A stretch of DNA of 64,000 nucleotides from NCBI RefSeq assembly GCF_964355755.1, contig NC_092670.1, positions 3,586,201 to 3,650,200 of the forward strand, in the 5' to 3' direction. Shown piece after piece: positions 47,901 to 60,632 of the stretch. A program made the position numbers and the translations under genes. Numbering within the stretch: the first letter of the stretch is position 1; every line of letters begins with the position of its first letter. Under the pieces are notes generated by a model, which searched no databases, had not been told where the DNA came from, and was given only the letters and a program-made list of their open reading frames with translations. This DNA is from Antedon mediterranea (Eukaryota > Animalia > Echinodermata).

Positions 47901-50900
47901 CCTCTATCTCCTCCTAAACCGCAGGTCCGATATTAGCGATTAATTACCTTTTATCCATAGAACGGCCAATTTGTACGAAAAATGCATTTTGTAACTGTTG
48001 AATGCTGCGTTAGGTAATTTACGGCTAGTCACTTTAAATTACCTTAACTGTACTGTTTTTATATCTGATAAAAAGGTAAAGGTGAGTCCCGTGTTCTCTG
48101 AACATAGGGGAATGAGCTGTTAGGAGCTCATTGTACTAAGCCTCGGCATTATGTGGTAGGGTGGCCAGTTCCTTTCCACGCCGCCTTTTTTTTCCCTAGT
48201 ATTTTCAACCAGGTACTCATTTACAGCTGAGTGGACTGGGAGTTGTCGGGAATTGAACCCGGGTCTATCTGTATGACAGTCAAGTGTCCTAACCACTCGG
48301 CTATCCAACTCAACTATATATCTGATAAAAAAATAATATGTATAACAAAACTAAATTTATAATAAATGTTGGTTTGTATGTGTTTTATCTTTCAGCGTGT
48401 GGGATCTGTTATTAGGTTCAGTGTCTCTCATTATACTGTTCCTATTAAAAGTAAGTTACTTTATGTTTTGATAACTACCAGCATTATTTTATTCCTGTTA
48501 CAGTTAATGATATATTTTAATTGCTTATGTCATAAAGTAGGTTAATAAAAATGTGTGTCTCCAATTTGCTTTAATCCTGCAATAGTACACAATGAATGTT
48601 TACGAGTTCGATGGTGAGAATATTTCATGAGTTGAAAGATTGATTGTTCTATTTAACAAGGCTTATTTAATAGAGCAGTCAATATTCAATTAATATATAA
48701 ACAAACAAAATATAACAATATATAACAACATTTTCTTTCCATTCAACAAATACAATACATTCATTATTTGTTTTTTATATAACCCCTAAATAAATTCCTG
48801 TCATTTAATAAGCTGATTGTGGGTCACATGGTGTGCAATAGTATGTACTATTTAACAATTGTGAAATAGACTTTTTTTGAAAAGAAAAAAAAAAAACTTA
48901 TTGCGTATGAAAACAAATCTGTGTGAATTTCAATAGCAGCACCGATGTACGTTCTGCGAACGGAAGAAGCGAAGAGCATGACAAGAAGACTATGAGGTGT
49001 TGTCAACACTTTTTTACACTTATTTTCCCATTGTGTATATTTTAAAAGTTAGTTTTGATTTATTTTTGCAGGTTTTAAAAGATGCCTCAATGAAGTGGGA
49101 GGAGAGAGACCGTGATGCCCCAACAAGTTATATAGTTTTATACAAGTCTTTATGGCTACTTGGTACAGGTCAGTTGGTGTAAATTAACACAAAGCAATCT
49201 AAAGCCTTTTCTACACTATCAAACTTTATGTGACAAAAAAATTGTGATATGCTTGTATATGGACATGATGATGTCATATCACTATCATATATAAGAACAT
49301 CAAAGTTTGATAGTGTAGACAGAACTTGAGTCACTCATTAACTTGCCAAACCTAATAATACACTTAACATGTGTTGCTTGTTATAATTGCTACAAGTAAA
49401 AGTTAGTTATTTTTTACCTCGTTGGGACCCTCTGTTTTCTGTATCAAAATGATTCAACTGGTAGGTTGTTATATCAATGCAACGACATGAGATGAAAGCT
49501 ACCAGAACATGGAGTAACCTCTATGATGCACACAAGGAAGATATGTACTGTACATTGGACCTCCAGTTTTAAGTGATCGAGGAACCTGACGATATTTAGT
49601 TTGCATCGCCCTGTTTTAACCTTTCCAACTCTATTGAATAAAATGACATAAGTTATAGCAAAGAAGTGTTTTGAAAACATCCTTATTGACATTGGCCCTG
49701 TTCTGTACTGCATCTTTTTGAAAATAAAATTTGTATGAATATTATTTATGTATTGTTTTGTAGCAAGAAATGCTGTTGTTGTAATTGCATCAGCCCTAGT
49801 AGCTGTGATATTAGAGTCAACAGGACATGAGGATGCACTTACACTGACAGGAGAAGTACCAGCAGGCCTGCCAAGTCCTAGCCCACCAGACTTTAGTCTT
49901 CCGGGCTTAATGGATGTAAGTATTATGAGTAGAAGTACCAGCAGGCCTACCAAGTCCTAGCCCTCCAGACTTTCGTCTTCCTGGCTTAATGGATGTAAGT
50001 ATTATTAGTAGAAGTACCAGCAGGCCTACCAAGTCCTAGCCCTCCAGACTTTAGTCTTCCTGGCTTAATGGATGTAAGTATTATTAGTAGAAGTACCAGC
50101 AGGCCTACCAAGTCCTAGCCCACCAGACTTTAGTCTTCCTGGCTTAATGGATGTAAGTATTATTAGTAGAAGTACCAGCGGGCCTACCAAGTCCTAGCCC
50201 ACCAGACTTTAGTCTTCCAGGCTTAATGGATGTAAGTATTATTAGTAGAAGTACCAGCAGGCCTACCAAGTCCTAGCCCACCAGACTTTAGTCTTCCAGG
50301 CTTAATGGATGTAAGTATGGATGTAGGCATCTTTATGAGTAAAAGAATGGAAGCATTAAGTGGCATAGAGGGTGGAAACTGTGTGCTCAAGATAACATTG
50401 AGTACCAACAGCCTACCGGACTGTTGTATTTATTATCTGTGTTTTGAACATTTCTTTTCTTTTATGTCTTAATAGATATTAGGAGTTGGAATTGCTATTG
50501 TTCCATTAATAGGATTCTTGGAAGCTATAGCCATAGGAAAAGGTTTTGGTAAGTGTATAAAGCTCTGTCTACACTATCAAACATGTGACTAAAAAATGTG
50601 ATATGCCCATATATGGTAATGATGATGTCATACACTACCATATTTGGTATATCACTACTAAATTTGGTCACACCACACTTTTTTTTAAAACTAGTTTGAT
50701 AGTGTAGACAGAGCTTTAAAAAGTTTTAACACAGAAATCACAGCCCTTGCAGGCATCTGGGCTATGTACAAATAATATATTTTGTTAAATACCTATTAAA
50801 TGTTATTTTCAGGTCGGCAAAATGGTTACAAAGTTGAGCCAAATCAAGAATTAATTGCATTAGGTAAGAACACAATATTTTCTATATCAATGTCCAATAA

Positions 50901-53900
50901 TTAGTAATTCCTGTGAAATTTATTTCTGGTTAGTCAAGTCCACTCTATTAGTTAACCAATTAGTTAGTCTATTAGTTATTTCTGGTTAGTCAAGTCCACT
51001 CTATTAGTTAGTCTATTAGTTAGTCTATTAGTTATTTCTGGTTAGTCAAGTCCACTCTATTAGTTAGTCAATTAGTTAGTCTATTAGTTATTTCTGGTTA
51101 GTCAAGTCCACTCTATTAGTTAGTTTATTAGTTAGTCTATTAGTTATTTCTGGTTAGTCAAGTCCACTCTATTAGTTAGTCAATTAGTTATTTCTGGTTA
51201 GTCAAGTCCACTCTATTAGTTAGTCAATTAGTTAGTCTATTAGTTATTTCTGGTTAGTCAAGTCCACTCTATTAGTTAGTCAATTAGTTAGTCTATTAGT
51301 TATTTCTGGTTAGTCAAGTCCACTCTATTAGTTAGTCAATTAGTTATTTCTGGTTAGTCAAGTCCACTCTATTAGTTAGTCAATTAGTTAGTCTATTAGT
51401 TATTTCTGGTTAGTCAAGTCCACTCTATTAGTTAGTCAATTAGTTAGTCTATTAGTTATTTCTGGTTAGTCAAGTCCACTCTATTAGTTAGTCAATTAGT
51501 TAGTCTATTAGTTATTTCTGGTTAGTCAAGTCCACTCTATTAGTTAGTCAATTAGTTAGTCTATTAGTTATTTCTGGTTAGTCAAGTCCACTCTATTAGT
51601 TAGTCAATTAGTTAGTCTATTAGTTATTTCTGGTTAGTCAAGTCCACTCTATTAGTTAGTCAATTAGTTAGTCTATTAGTTATTTCTGGTTAGTCAAGTC
51701 CACTCTATTAGTTAGTCAATTAGTTATTTCTGGTTAGTCAAGTCCACTCTATTAGTTAGTCAATTAGTTAGTCTATTAGTTATTTCTGGTTAGTCAAGTC
51801 CACTCTATTAGTTAGTCAATTAGTTATTTCTGGTTAGTCAAGTCCACTCTATTAGTTAGTCAATTAGTTAGTCTATTAGTTATTTCTGGTTAGTCAAGTC
51901 CACTCTATTAGTTAGTTTATTAGTTAGTCTATTAGTTATTTCTGGTTAGTCAAGTCCACTCTATTAGTTAGTCAATTAGTTATTTCTGGTTAGTCAAGTC
52001 CACTCTATTAGTTAGTCAATTAGTTAGTCTATTAGTTATTTCTGGTTAGTCAAGTCCACTCTATTAGTTAGTCAATTAGTTAGTCTATTAGTTATTTCTG
52101 GTTAGTCAAGTCCACTCTATTAGTTAGTCAATTAGTTATTTCTGGTTAGTCAAGTCCACTCTATTAGTTAGTCAATTAGTTAGTCTATTAGTTATTTCTG
52201 GTTAGTCAAGTCCACTCTATTAGTTAGTCAATTAGTTAGTCTATTAGTTATTTCTGGTTAGTCAAGTCCACTCTATTAGTTAGTCAATTAGTTAGTCTAT
52301 TAGTTATTTCTGGTTAGTCAAGTCCACTCTATTAGTTAGTCAATTAGTTAGTCTATTAGTTATTTCTGGTTAGTCAAGTCCACTCTATTAGTTAGTCAAT
52401 TAGTTAGTCTATTAGTTATTTCTGGTTAGTCAAGTCCACTCTATTAGTTAGTCAATTAGTTAGTCTATTAGTTATTTCTGGTTAGTCAAGTCCACTCTAT
52501 TAGTTAGTCAATTAGTTATTTCTGGTTAGTCAAGTCCACTCTATTAGTTAGTCAATTAGTTAGTCTATTAGTTATTTCTGGTTAGTCAAGTCCACTCTAT
52601 TAGTTAGTTTATTAGTTAGTCTATTAGTTATTTCTGGTTAGTCAAGTCCACTCTATTAGTTAGTCAATTAGTTATTTCTGGTTAGTCAAGTCCACTCTAT
52701 TAGTTAGTCAATTAGTTAGTCTATTAGTTATTTCTGGTTAGTCAAGTCCACTCTATTAGTTAGTCAATTAGTTAGTCTATTAGTTATTTCTGGTTAGTCA
52801 AGTCCACTCTATTAGTTAGTCAATTAGTTATTTCTGGTTAGTCAAGTCCACTCTATTAGTTAGTCAATTAGTTAGTCTATTAGTTATTTCTGGTTAGTCA
52901 AGTCCACTCTATTAGTTAGTCTATTAGTTATTTCTGGTTAGTCAAGTCCACTCTATTAGTTAGTTTGTTTCTATTATTTTGGAAATATTCTTTTTTTCAA
53001 ACCAACAATTAGTAAACTAACCTTCTTGTATGACCCTGTCATTATTTTTTTATTTATTTTTTATTTATTCGACTTCTCACTAACTCAGTTAGTGAAGGAT
53101 CTGGACCAACAGGTGGTAAACACCTCTAAAACGGTCCAGTCCCAATTTGCACAGTGGCTGTGTGTGACAGTGGCTGTGTTTGTGCACCGGGGTAACCCCC
53201 TACTCGTCTCGAAAGATGTACTAGGTTCTTTAAAGTGAGCATGAGCTATGTGTACACTGGACCTACGGTTTATAGTCCTTATCCGAGAAGACTCGTTCTA
53301 CCACCAGAACCATGGAGCGAGTGAGCCTCGAACCCTTGCCGATGTTATGGCTACGTAATTACGGTTCCACTGTCTTAACCGCTCGGCCACTCACTCGCTG
53401 TATTAAACAGAATAGGCCCTCTAGAGGTCAATCTGTTTGATGATAGATCGTCATTATTTCTGAAGAAGAATATTTCCAAAATAACTTATATCTACAAACC
53501 AGATGAACAGTTTCAATCATATTGTTTCTATTTTTGTACTTTTTCATTTTTAGGTAGTTGTAATGTTTTGGGTTCCTTCTTTTCATCTTATCCTGTAACT
53601 GGAAGTTTTTCTAGGTAAAAAAATTAGTTTTATTTAATTTGTAAAAAATTTAGCAAATTCAAATTTTCAAGATTATAAAATAATCAAAACAATTTGGTTT
53701 AGACTGTTTGTGAAACTTTGTTTTCTTGTGCCATATATTGGCACATATCATATATGTATAGTATCATTTCACTTTCTGAAAATACTTTATTTAAACTTTA
53801 AAAAAAATTCACTAAAATGTTCCTTACATACAGAACATCAATCAATAATCAGTCAGGCGTGAAAACGCAAGCAGGAAACTTAGTAACCGGTACTCTTGTT

Positions 53901-56900
53901 ATATTGTCATTACTCTTCATCACTCCTGCGTTCCAGTACATTCCAAAAGCGGCGTTGGCGGCCGTCATCATCAGCGCAGTCTTCAATATGATGAACTTTC
54001 GTATTTTTCTTCAATTATGGAAACTAAACAGTACGTTCTTTTAATAGTGATTTGTTAAGTATAGAACCAAAATGTCACAATATTAAAGTGTGATAGATCA
54101 AAAAGTATATATTATTTTTATAGTATATATTCTATAGCCTGAATGAAATCATAAAGATATATGCCCCCCTAAAAAATTATTATTTTTTATCTTTTTGTTG
54201 AATCTTTATTTATCATGATTTTGGGGGACAATATATCTTTAAGTAACTTGTTTAAATCAGATAATATCAGTATTTACTACATTAAATTATGCCATATGAT
54301 TTGTTTAATAGGCAGACATTGTCACAAACCATACTCTTATTTTTTTTAAATTACAGAACTGGACTTGTTACCTCTGTCTGCAACATTCATCAGTTCTTTG
54401 TTCTTGGGAGTAGCATATGGCACATTGATTGGGATTGGCATTGATCTTCTAATACTACTCTATCCGAGTGCGCGTCCACAGATAAAGGTAGAATTTCTGG
54501 GTAACTCTTTTACCAGGGGTCAACATAGAGGTTATGGAACGGTGGTTCCGGTTGGAGGTGAATCGGTTCCTGATGATGGGTTACTTTTTGGCAATAGGAA
54601 GGTATGGTTCTAATGCATGCTGTATAGTATAAACTTACTGCATGTTCTTTTGCATTTGATCTTTCTAGTTTTGCATGTGATAGATTATGTTGTGCATGTG
54701 ATAGATTATGTTGTGCATGTGATAGATTATGTTGTGCATTTGATTATGTTGTGCATGTGATAGATTATGTTGTGCATGTGATAGATTATGTTGTGAATTT
54801 GATTATGTTGTGCATGTGATAGATTATGTTGTGCATGTGATAGATTATGTTGTGCATGTGATAGATTATGTTGTGCATGTGATAGATTATTCTGTGCATG
54901 TGATAGATTATGCTGTGAATGTGATAATCTATGCTCTGCATGTGATAATCTTTGTTGTGCATGTGAAAGATTATGTTGGGCATGTGATAGATTATGTTAT
55001 GCAAGCGATAGCTTATGTTGTGCATGTGATTATTTTTGTTGTGCATGTGATCAAACTGAAAGTGCAAATGATTAGCGTGTCTTGTTCAGTGATATACATG
55101 CACATGTGTTTACCATGTGTGTTTTATACAGTAGAAATCTGTCTAATTTGCATCCTACTGTAATTCTTGTCATGTAGTGACGTGGGTAGTGCATGCTTTT
55201 TTTAAAACTTTTTTCTGGGCATAAACTTTATTTCTGTACTTTAGTGTGAATTAAGTGTTGCACCAAACTTGATTCACTTGTATCTAGGTGAAATTTGTTT
55301 TGATACCTAAGCACAAATTACCATTTTCTACTGCTATGATACTGTTATATCCACTTTTTGTGAATAAATAACCCAAAGTGGGTTTACTGTCACTCAGTGT
55401 ATATCAACATAGATGCTTTTTAGTTTAGAGTCTACCATGCACACCATCAAATGCACCCATTGCCATCAAATTTAAACTCTAACCTTTTTTTCTGAAACCT
55501 GTGTGGTATATCAAACTTATGATAAAGTACATCTGTGTGCTGCTTTTCTAGAATCATGTATGTTTTATTTTATGAAAAAAAAAGTTTGTTTATTTAATCA
55601 TTTGGACTTTTTAATTGGAATGTGATATCTTAATGTTGTGATAAATAAAACACATACTTGATTTCCTGTCACAACATTTTAACAAGAGGTCATAGTATCA
55701 TATCAATAATATAAATATATGCCAAGTTAGACACAAGTACCCCCTTTAAAATGATGAGAAGAGGGACGCCAACTATCCTGTTTAAACACCCTCAACTTTC
55801 TTTTATTCATCCAAAAAATACAGATACAAGCATTTATAAATATATAATATAACATACTAAAAGAATGGATAAAAAGGAATGAGAGAAAAGGCAATTACAT
55901 GTCTATCGAGCTCAATTCCCAAAATAAAATGACATAAATATCAAACATAATTATGTGAGAATTAATTGATATCAAGATATGTATTATAACATACTAAACC
56001 AACCCGGAGCTGCTTCTTCTTTTGAATACTGCTTAACGATCAAAACAAGCAGGGATAGCTTAGATAGAATCTCATGTTATATTTTGATACAGACATTTGC
56101 TTTAAAATGTTTTCAAATATTGTAGGCTTCAGTTATATTTTAAGCTGGTTTGCGTGTTTTACTCTTACAGTAAATTGTTCTACTGTATTTTTTGTTTGTA
56201 GCTAAGTCAAAAGTTACTAGAATCACGTATCCACATTTACCCATTTTAGTTTAACACACTGTATTAAGTAGCACAAGTTAATTATTAAGTATCCATAATT
56301 ACAACAGATATTAATGATTCATTTCATTAGTTAGTTTTCCTACAATATTATTTTTCTTCCATAAATTCTGTCTTCATTATTAGTGCATTAATAGACAAGA
56401 TATACAAATGACTGTTATGTTTCTGTCTTAGGAGATGTGTGTACGTGAAACAACATTATATTGAACATAAATTTGCATTAAAAGTTTATTAATCAGTTTT
56501 GCAATATCACGATATAATTATTATATTATGTTTGAGACAACAAAGAATCTTTGTCTCTAAAGAAATTAATATAATGTGTTCAAAGGATATCAGAAATACA
56601 TTTTTAGTATCATATTTTTCAACTTAATGATGTCAGAATTGAATGCACTCAAGCATAACTAATGAGCAGTTTCTGAGAATTTGTGAAGGTTTTTCCACCT
56701 GCAGTAGTAATTATTATACAGTACTACAATGGTTGGGTAATGTGGTATGAATGTAATGATAATTAACTTTAAATATGTTCTGTGTTTTTATTTAGAAGTC
56801 ATTCCAGTATATTGTTTAATTAAAATAGTCAATGGATCTTTTTCACAAGTTACCTGTTACGTAACTTTGATTTAATCAAATAAAAAATATAGATATCTTT

Positions 56901-59900
56901 CAAAGGGAGATGATGACGTAATGATAAGGGATCGGAGAGGCATGGGTTCAAGCCTGACTGTGCCATATTGTGTCCTTGAGCAAGGTGCTTCACTCTTGTT
57001 GCCTCGTCTTTCGGATGTGGTATAAATCTGTTGGTCCTGTGTATAAAGAAAAAGAGAAATGTTTACATTATTCGAAAAATATGAGGAATATACCTGATCT
57101 TGGAGGCGCTGACACTGCACTGCTGGCTGCCGTGGGTCTGTAATGGGCGTAAAACTAATTTTATTTACATTTTTATTTACATTTCAGTTTGACTTGGGAA
57201 CTATTACAGTAGTTCATCTATTACAAGGACTGTTTTATCCATCTGCTGAGTTCATTCAAGACAAACTCACGAGTGAGATTGTTATGAACCCTAAGGTTGA
57301 GGGCGCCATAATAGATTTTGATCGGATAACAAACTTGGACTATTCCATTATTGTAGTAAGTTTCTTTTTTTCAGGAGCCTCGTCTGAAATTGTTCACTAC
57401 CCACCCCCAATTTCCCAGCAGAGATAATCATATTTTATATTAATAATTATATTTAAGCATCTTTGCCTCATCTGTTTTTAATCTCTCGCTACAGCGTTGA
57501 ATAGTACATGCAGGAATTTCTTGTGGACTGTACATATGATTAATTTTATTCCAAACATCAAGTTTTAACTGACTTGTATTTCTATAAAGCTCTGTCTACA
57601 CTATCAAACTTAATGTGACAAAAAAATGTGGTATATGGACATGATGATGTTATATCACTACCATATTTGGGCACACTTTTTTGTCAAACTAGTTTGATAG
57701 TGTAGACAGAGCTTTAAAGGAATTTTAAAACTCGCAATGATGAAATTATCAGTAAACAAAAGGATGGTTCTGGCTTGCTCTATGGTTTTTTTGATCCCTT
57801 CTGTAAAATGTGTAATTTCTTAATTTTTTTGTTCTTAGGCTTTAAAAGACTTTGTTGCAGCCTTTCAGAAAAGCCGTGGCAGTATTGACATCGCGTCCAT
57901 AAAGGGCACCCCAAGTGATAACCTAGTTGCCCGTCAAGTGCCTGTTATAATTGTTTTTACTGGAATGAATGTAGGTATTTCTGATTTCATTCTAAATATA
58001 TTTATATACAACCATAACTATATAGAACCGAGTATAGTCCCAGCGGGCCTAAGTATAGCATTTGGAGAACATTTTTGGGATTGTATTAATAATGCGATTT
58101 GCCATCAAGTCTAGTGTCTGAATTAGGGAGTGGGATTATACTCGAGCATGTACTAAACTCGGTCATGTAATTACTTCTGATTTACTTTTTATATTTTTAT
58201 TTGTCATTTATACTGTTCTTTTGCTTACTTTTATTGTATGTTAAACTGTACCATGAAAATTATATAATAATATATAGAAAGAATAAATAAATAAATTAGC
58301 CAAGTAAGTATGTGCTCTACATACAGTACTGCCAATTTGTTAGGTCACATCAGCATCTATGGCTAAATTCTGATAATGAAAACCAAACAAATATCCGGTC
58401 ATCTCTGCTTGTAAATGTTAATGTCAAAAGTAATGTACGTGGACCGTTGGGAATTTTGACACAGTTTGTGATTGCCTTTTACAGGAGACGATTGAGAACC
58501 AGCTGAAACAGGCGGAGTTTGGTGACGCCGTGGCATTCTGTGCTGACATGAACACTGCCCTCAGTAGTTTGGCTTCAAGTTGTAAGTATTTGTTTTAGTT
58601 TAATGCTTCTTTTGATTTCAAACTAATATAAAATTAAATCATTCGGTAAATATCTTTTGAAGTGGCATTGTATCTTGGTGGTTAACAAGCTTGCTTACCA
58701 ATCACAGAGTGTTGGGTTCACGTCATTTGCAAGTTGTTTATTTCATGTTTGTGATATGTACACAGACACAATCAATTACGTTGTCTGTTTTTTTCGAAAA
58801 AGAACCTAGTGTTACAGATACAAAATAAAATCTATATCCAATTTTAGAAATTTTATGACAAACAACAACGTATATATTCTCAAAATCATTAAATATATTT
58901 AACTGTACATATTCTCAAAATGTGCGTATTTACACATCTTTAAAGAGAAGATAACAAACACTATTGTTATATTTCTAATGTATTTAGCTTCATAATCTCA
59001 AAATCAAAAAATATATTCTAAAAATGTGCGTATGTACACATTCTGTAAAGAAAAGATGACAAATACTATTTAATGATCGTATGTTGTGGCAAAACATGAA
59101 AATCGTGTTCACGTTCATTGGCCACATCATAATCGTAGAAATGCGCATATACTCATTTAATTCAACCCGAAACACGTCCCTGGCGCTGATAAATGATCAG
59201 GCCAAGTTTGGACATTAGGGCTAAGATGTACAAGTAGAGAAATAATACCAACCGGAAAGGATAATAGTAATTGTTGGGAAGTGTTTTGAAGATATGGACG
59301 AATATACTAGATATACAATGATAAGCCGTCTAGTATTGGTAGATAAAACATCGTATGTGTTTTAGATAAAGGTTAACATAGATAAAACATGCCTTGCATT
59401 CATTCAGTTAAAAATCTATATATATATATCTATATGATATAATTTAAAAATGAATTATTATCAAAAATACAAATATAAATTAATACCAAATATACAAATA
59501 TTATATATTAGTATTTTGGTTTTGTTGCAATTATGAACCTCTGGCCCCACAGGGATCTGGTTGATTATATTTTAATGTAATAAATCCTATAAAGCATACA
59601 GCAACTAATTTATGTTGATGATCAAAAACAAACTCCTACTCCTACATGATGCAATAAATAAATGAAGCGCATTATTGTTGATGGTCCCTAGAGGGCGCTG
59701 ATATCAAATGTAAGCTACTGAAAGACAAATGAACATGTTTGCGCAAAGCATGTTATTTAATTTACTGTGTGTCTCTCATTAATATTGTATTTATTACAAA
59801 TTACAGAAACATTGTATTGTATCTTGCCACATTCATTAAAATATCTCCAATTCAAGATGACTGAATATAATCACAAAGCTCAAACCTGTTTTGTAGTGTA

Positions 59901-60632
59901 TATGAGTTCAATCCCACACCAAAATATAGGCTAAATTTGGACACAATCGTTTGACAAATTCCATTTTTTGTCATACCCAAGCCTCCTGGGACTATACTTG
60001 ATCATATATTTAACAACAGACATGGCTTCTATGTACTGATTGCCACAGAGGCAGTAACCATTGGCTTCTATGTACTGATTGCCACAGAGGCAGTAACCAT
60101 TGGCTTCTATGTACTGACTGCCACAGAGGCAGTAACCATTGGCTTCTATGTACTGACTGCCACAGAGGCAGTAACCATTGGCTTCTATGTACTGACTGCC
60201 ACAGAGGCAGTAACCACTGGCTTTTATTAAGTCAATTCCTAATTAGCATACATAGTTACATATGTGTGTGTATAATCACTACAGCAGAAGAACTATGTTC
60301 TCGGCACCTCACGTCTATTTTGTGATTCACCCTCAATTTCAACACCTCATTGTTGATAGAATCTCACTTTGTATCTGGTAAATAATTTAATAAACATGAT
60401 TTAGTTTTAATACATAGCTCTGTTAACATTGTCAGATTTCATTAAAAACCTAATTTGGACAAATATAAAAAAAACAAGATAGTTGTTGCATGGGAGCTGC
60501 ATGTCTTTAAAGCTAAAGATTGGTGGGATGTAACACTATTTCCCCACCCTCTTTTCCCCCTCTCCTCCACCGCCCCTTCCCTGAACTGATATTAATCGTT
60601 TTGTTTTTTTTAATTTAATTTCAGATGACTAA
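44954..60632 (+). CDS. SLC26A11: Sodium-independent sulfate anion transporter SLC26A11. Exons approx 44954-45153, 46249-46465, 47379-47544, 48396-48450, 49072-49168, 49764-49915, 50476-50548, 50813-50863, 53554-53614, 53834-54031, 54357-54487 (or 54601), 57188-57355, 57839-57970, 58484-58581, 60625-60632
   Basis: DFVAGITVALTVLPQGLAYASIAKLPAQYGLYSSFMGCFVYFFLGMSKDITVGPTAIMSLL, VISGFTTASALTIGAGQIKNLFG, ARNAVVV, LEAIAIGKGF, NQELIALG, YPVTGSFSRTSINNQSGVKT, YIPKAALAAVII, STAS-like C-terminus. The last micro-exon (Y-D-stop) is tentative. Confidence 0.93.
45221..46000. mobile_element. TIR element (~780 bp) containing a 47-bp tandem repeat (45554-45716)
   Basis: TAATACCCTTTTCACATCTGCA ... TGCACATGTGAAATGGGTATTA; internal unit catggaaagcaggggatggctctttaagcccatgggcttgttgtaag x~3.5. 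Confidence 0.65.
46699..47101 (+). mobile_element. 5'-truncated LINE 3' end nested inside a family A MITE
   Basis: Reads RLKVCYNDAFRRLLGQPRFVSARNLFVENNILSFHEYLRIS...ALYT*, then AATAAA and a (TTGAA)n tail; flanked by AAGTACCA on both sides; MITE halves on either side. Confidence 0.8.
48075..48316 (-). mobile_element. tRNA-derived SINE with 15-bp TSD
   Basis: Minus strand TAGCCGAGTGGTTAGG (box A), GGTTCAATTCC (box B), body CACTCAGCTGTAAATGAGTACCTG; TSD TATATCTGATAAAAA at 48060-48074 and 48317-48331. Confidence 0.85.
49852..50318. repeat. 79-bp tandem array (6 copies) made of an SLC26A11 exon 3' end plus 5' splice site
   Basis: Unit agaagtaccagcaggcctaccaagtcctagcccaccagactttagtcttcctggcttaatggat|gtaagtattattagt at 49852, 49931, 50010, 50089, 50168, 50247. 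Confidence 0.95.
50921..52965. repeat. Composite minisatellite with 56-bp and 44-bp units (~38 copies)
   Basis: ttatttctggttagtcaagtccactctattagttagtcaattag plus or minus ttagtctattag. Confidence 0.95.
53040..53399 (-). mobile_element. tRNA-derived SINE with Deu-domain-like core
   Basis: Minus strand TGGCCGAGCGGTTAAG (box A), GGTTCGAGGC (box B), GTCTTCTCGGATAAGGACTATAAACCGTAGGTCC, (AAATA)n tail. Confidence 0.8.
54670..55052. repeat. 21-bp minisatellite (~18 copies, degenerating to the right)
   Basis: Unit tgtgatagattatgttgtgca. Confidence 0.9.
56900..57150 (+). mobile_element. Degenerate SINE
   Basis: GGGTTCAAGCC (box B), GTGTCCTTGAGCAAGG, GTCTTTCGGATG...GTTGGTCC, typical conserved SINE core segments. 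Confidence 0.6.
60022..60223. repeat. 39-bp minisatellite x5
   Basis: Unit tggcttctatgtactga(t/c)tgccacagaggcagtaaccat. Confidence 0.92.

Noticed and set aside
54786-55163. His-rich and Val-rich repeat ORFs
   Set aside because: Both strands of a 21-bp intronic minisatellite.
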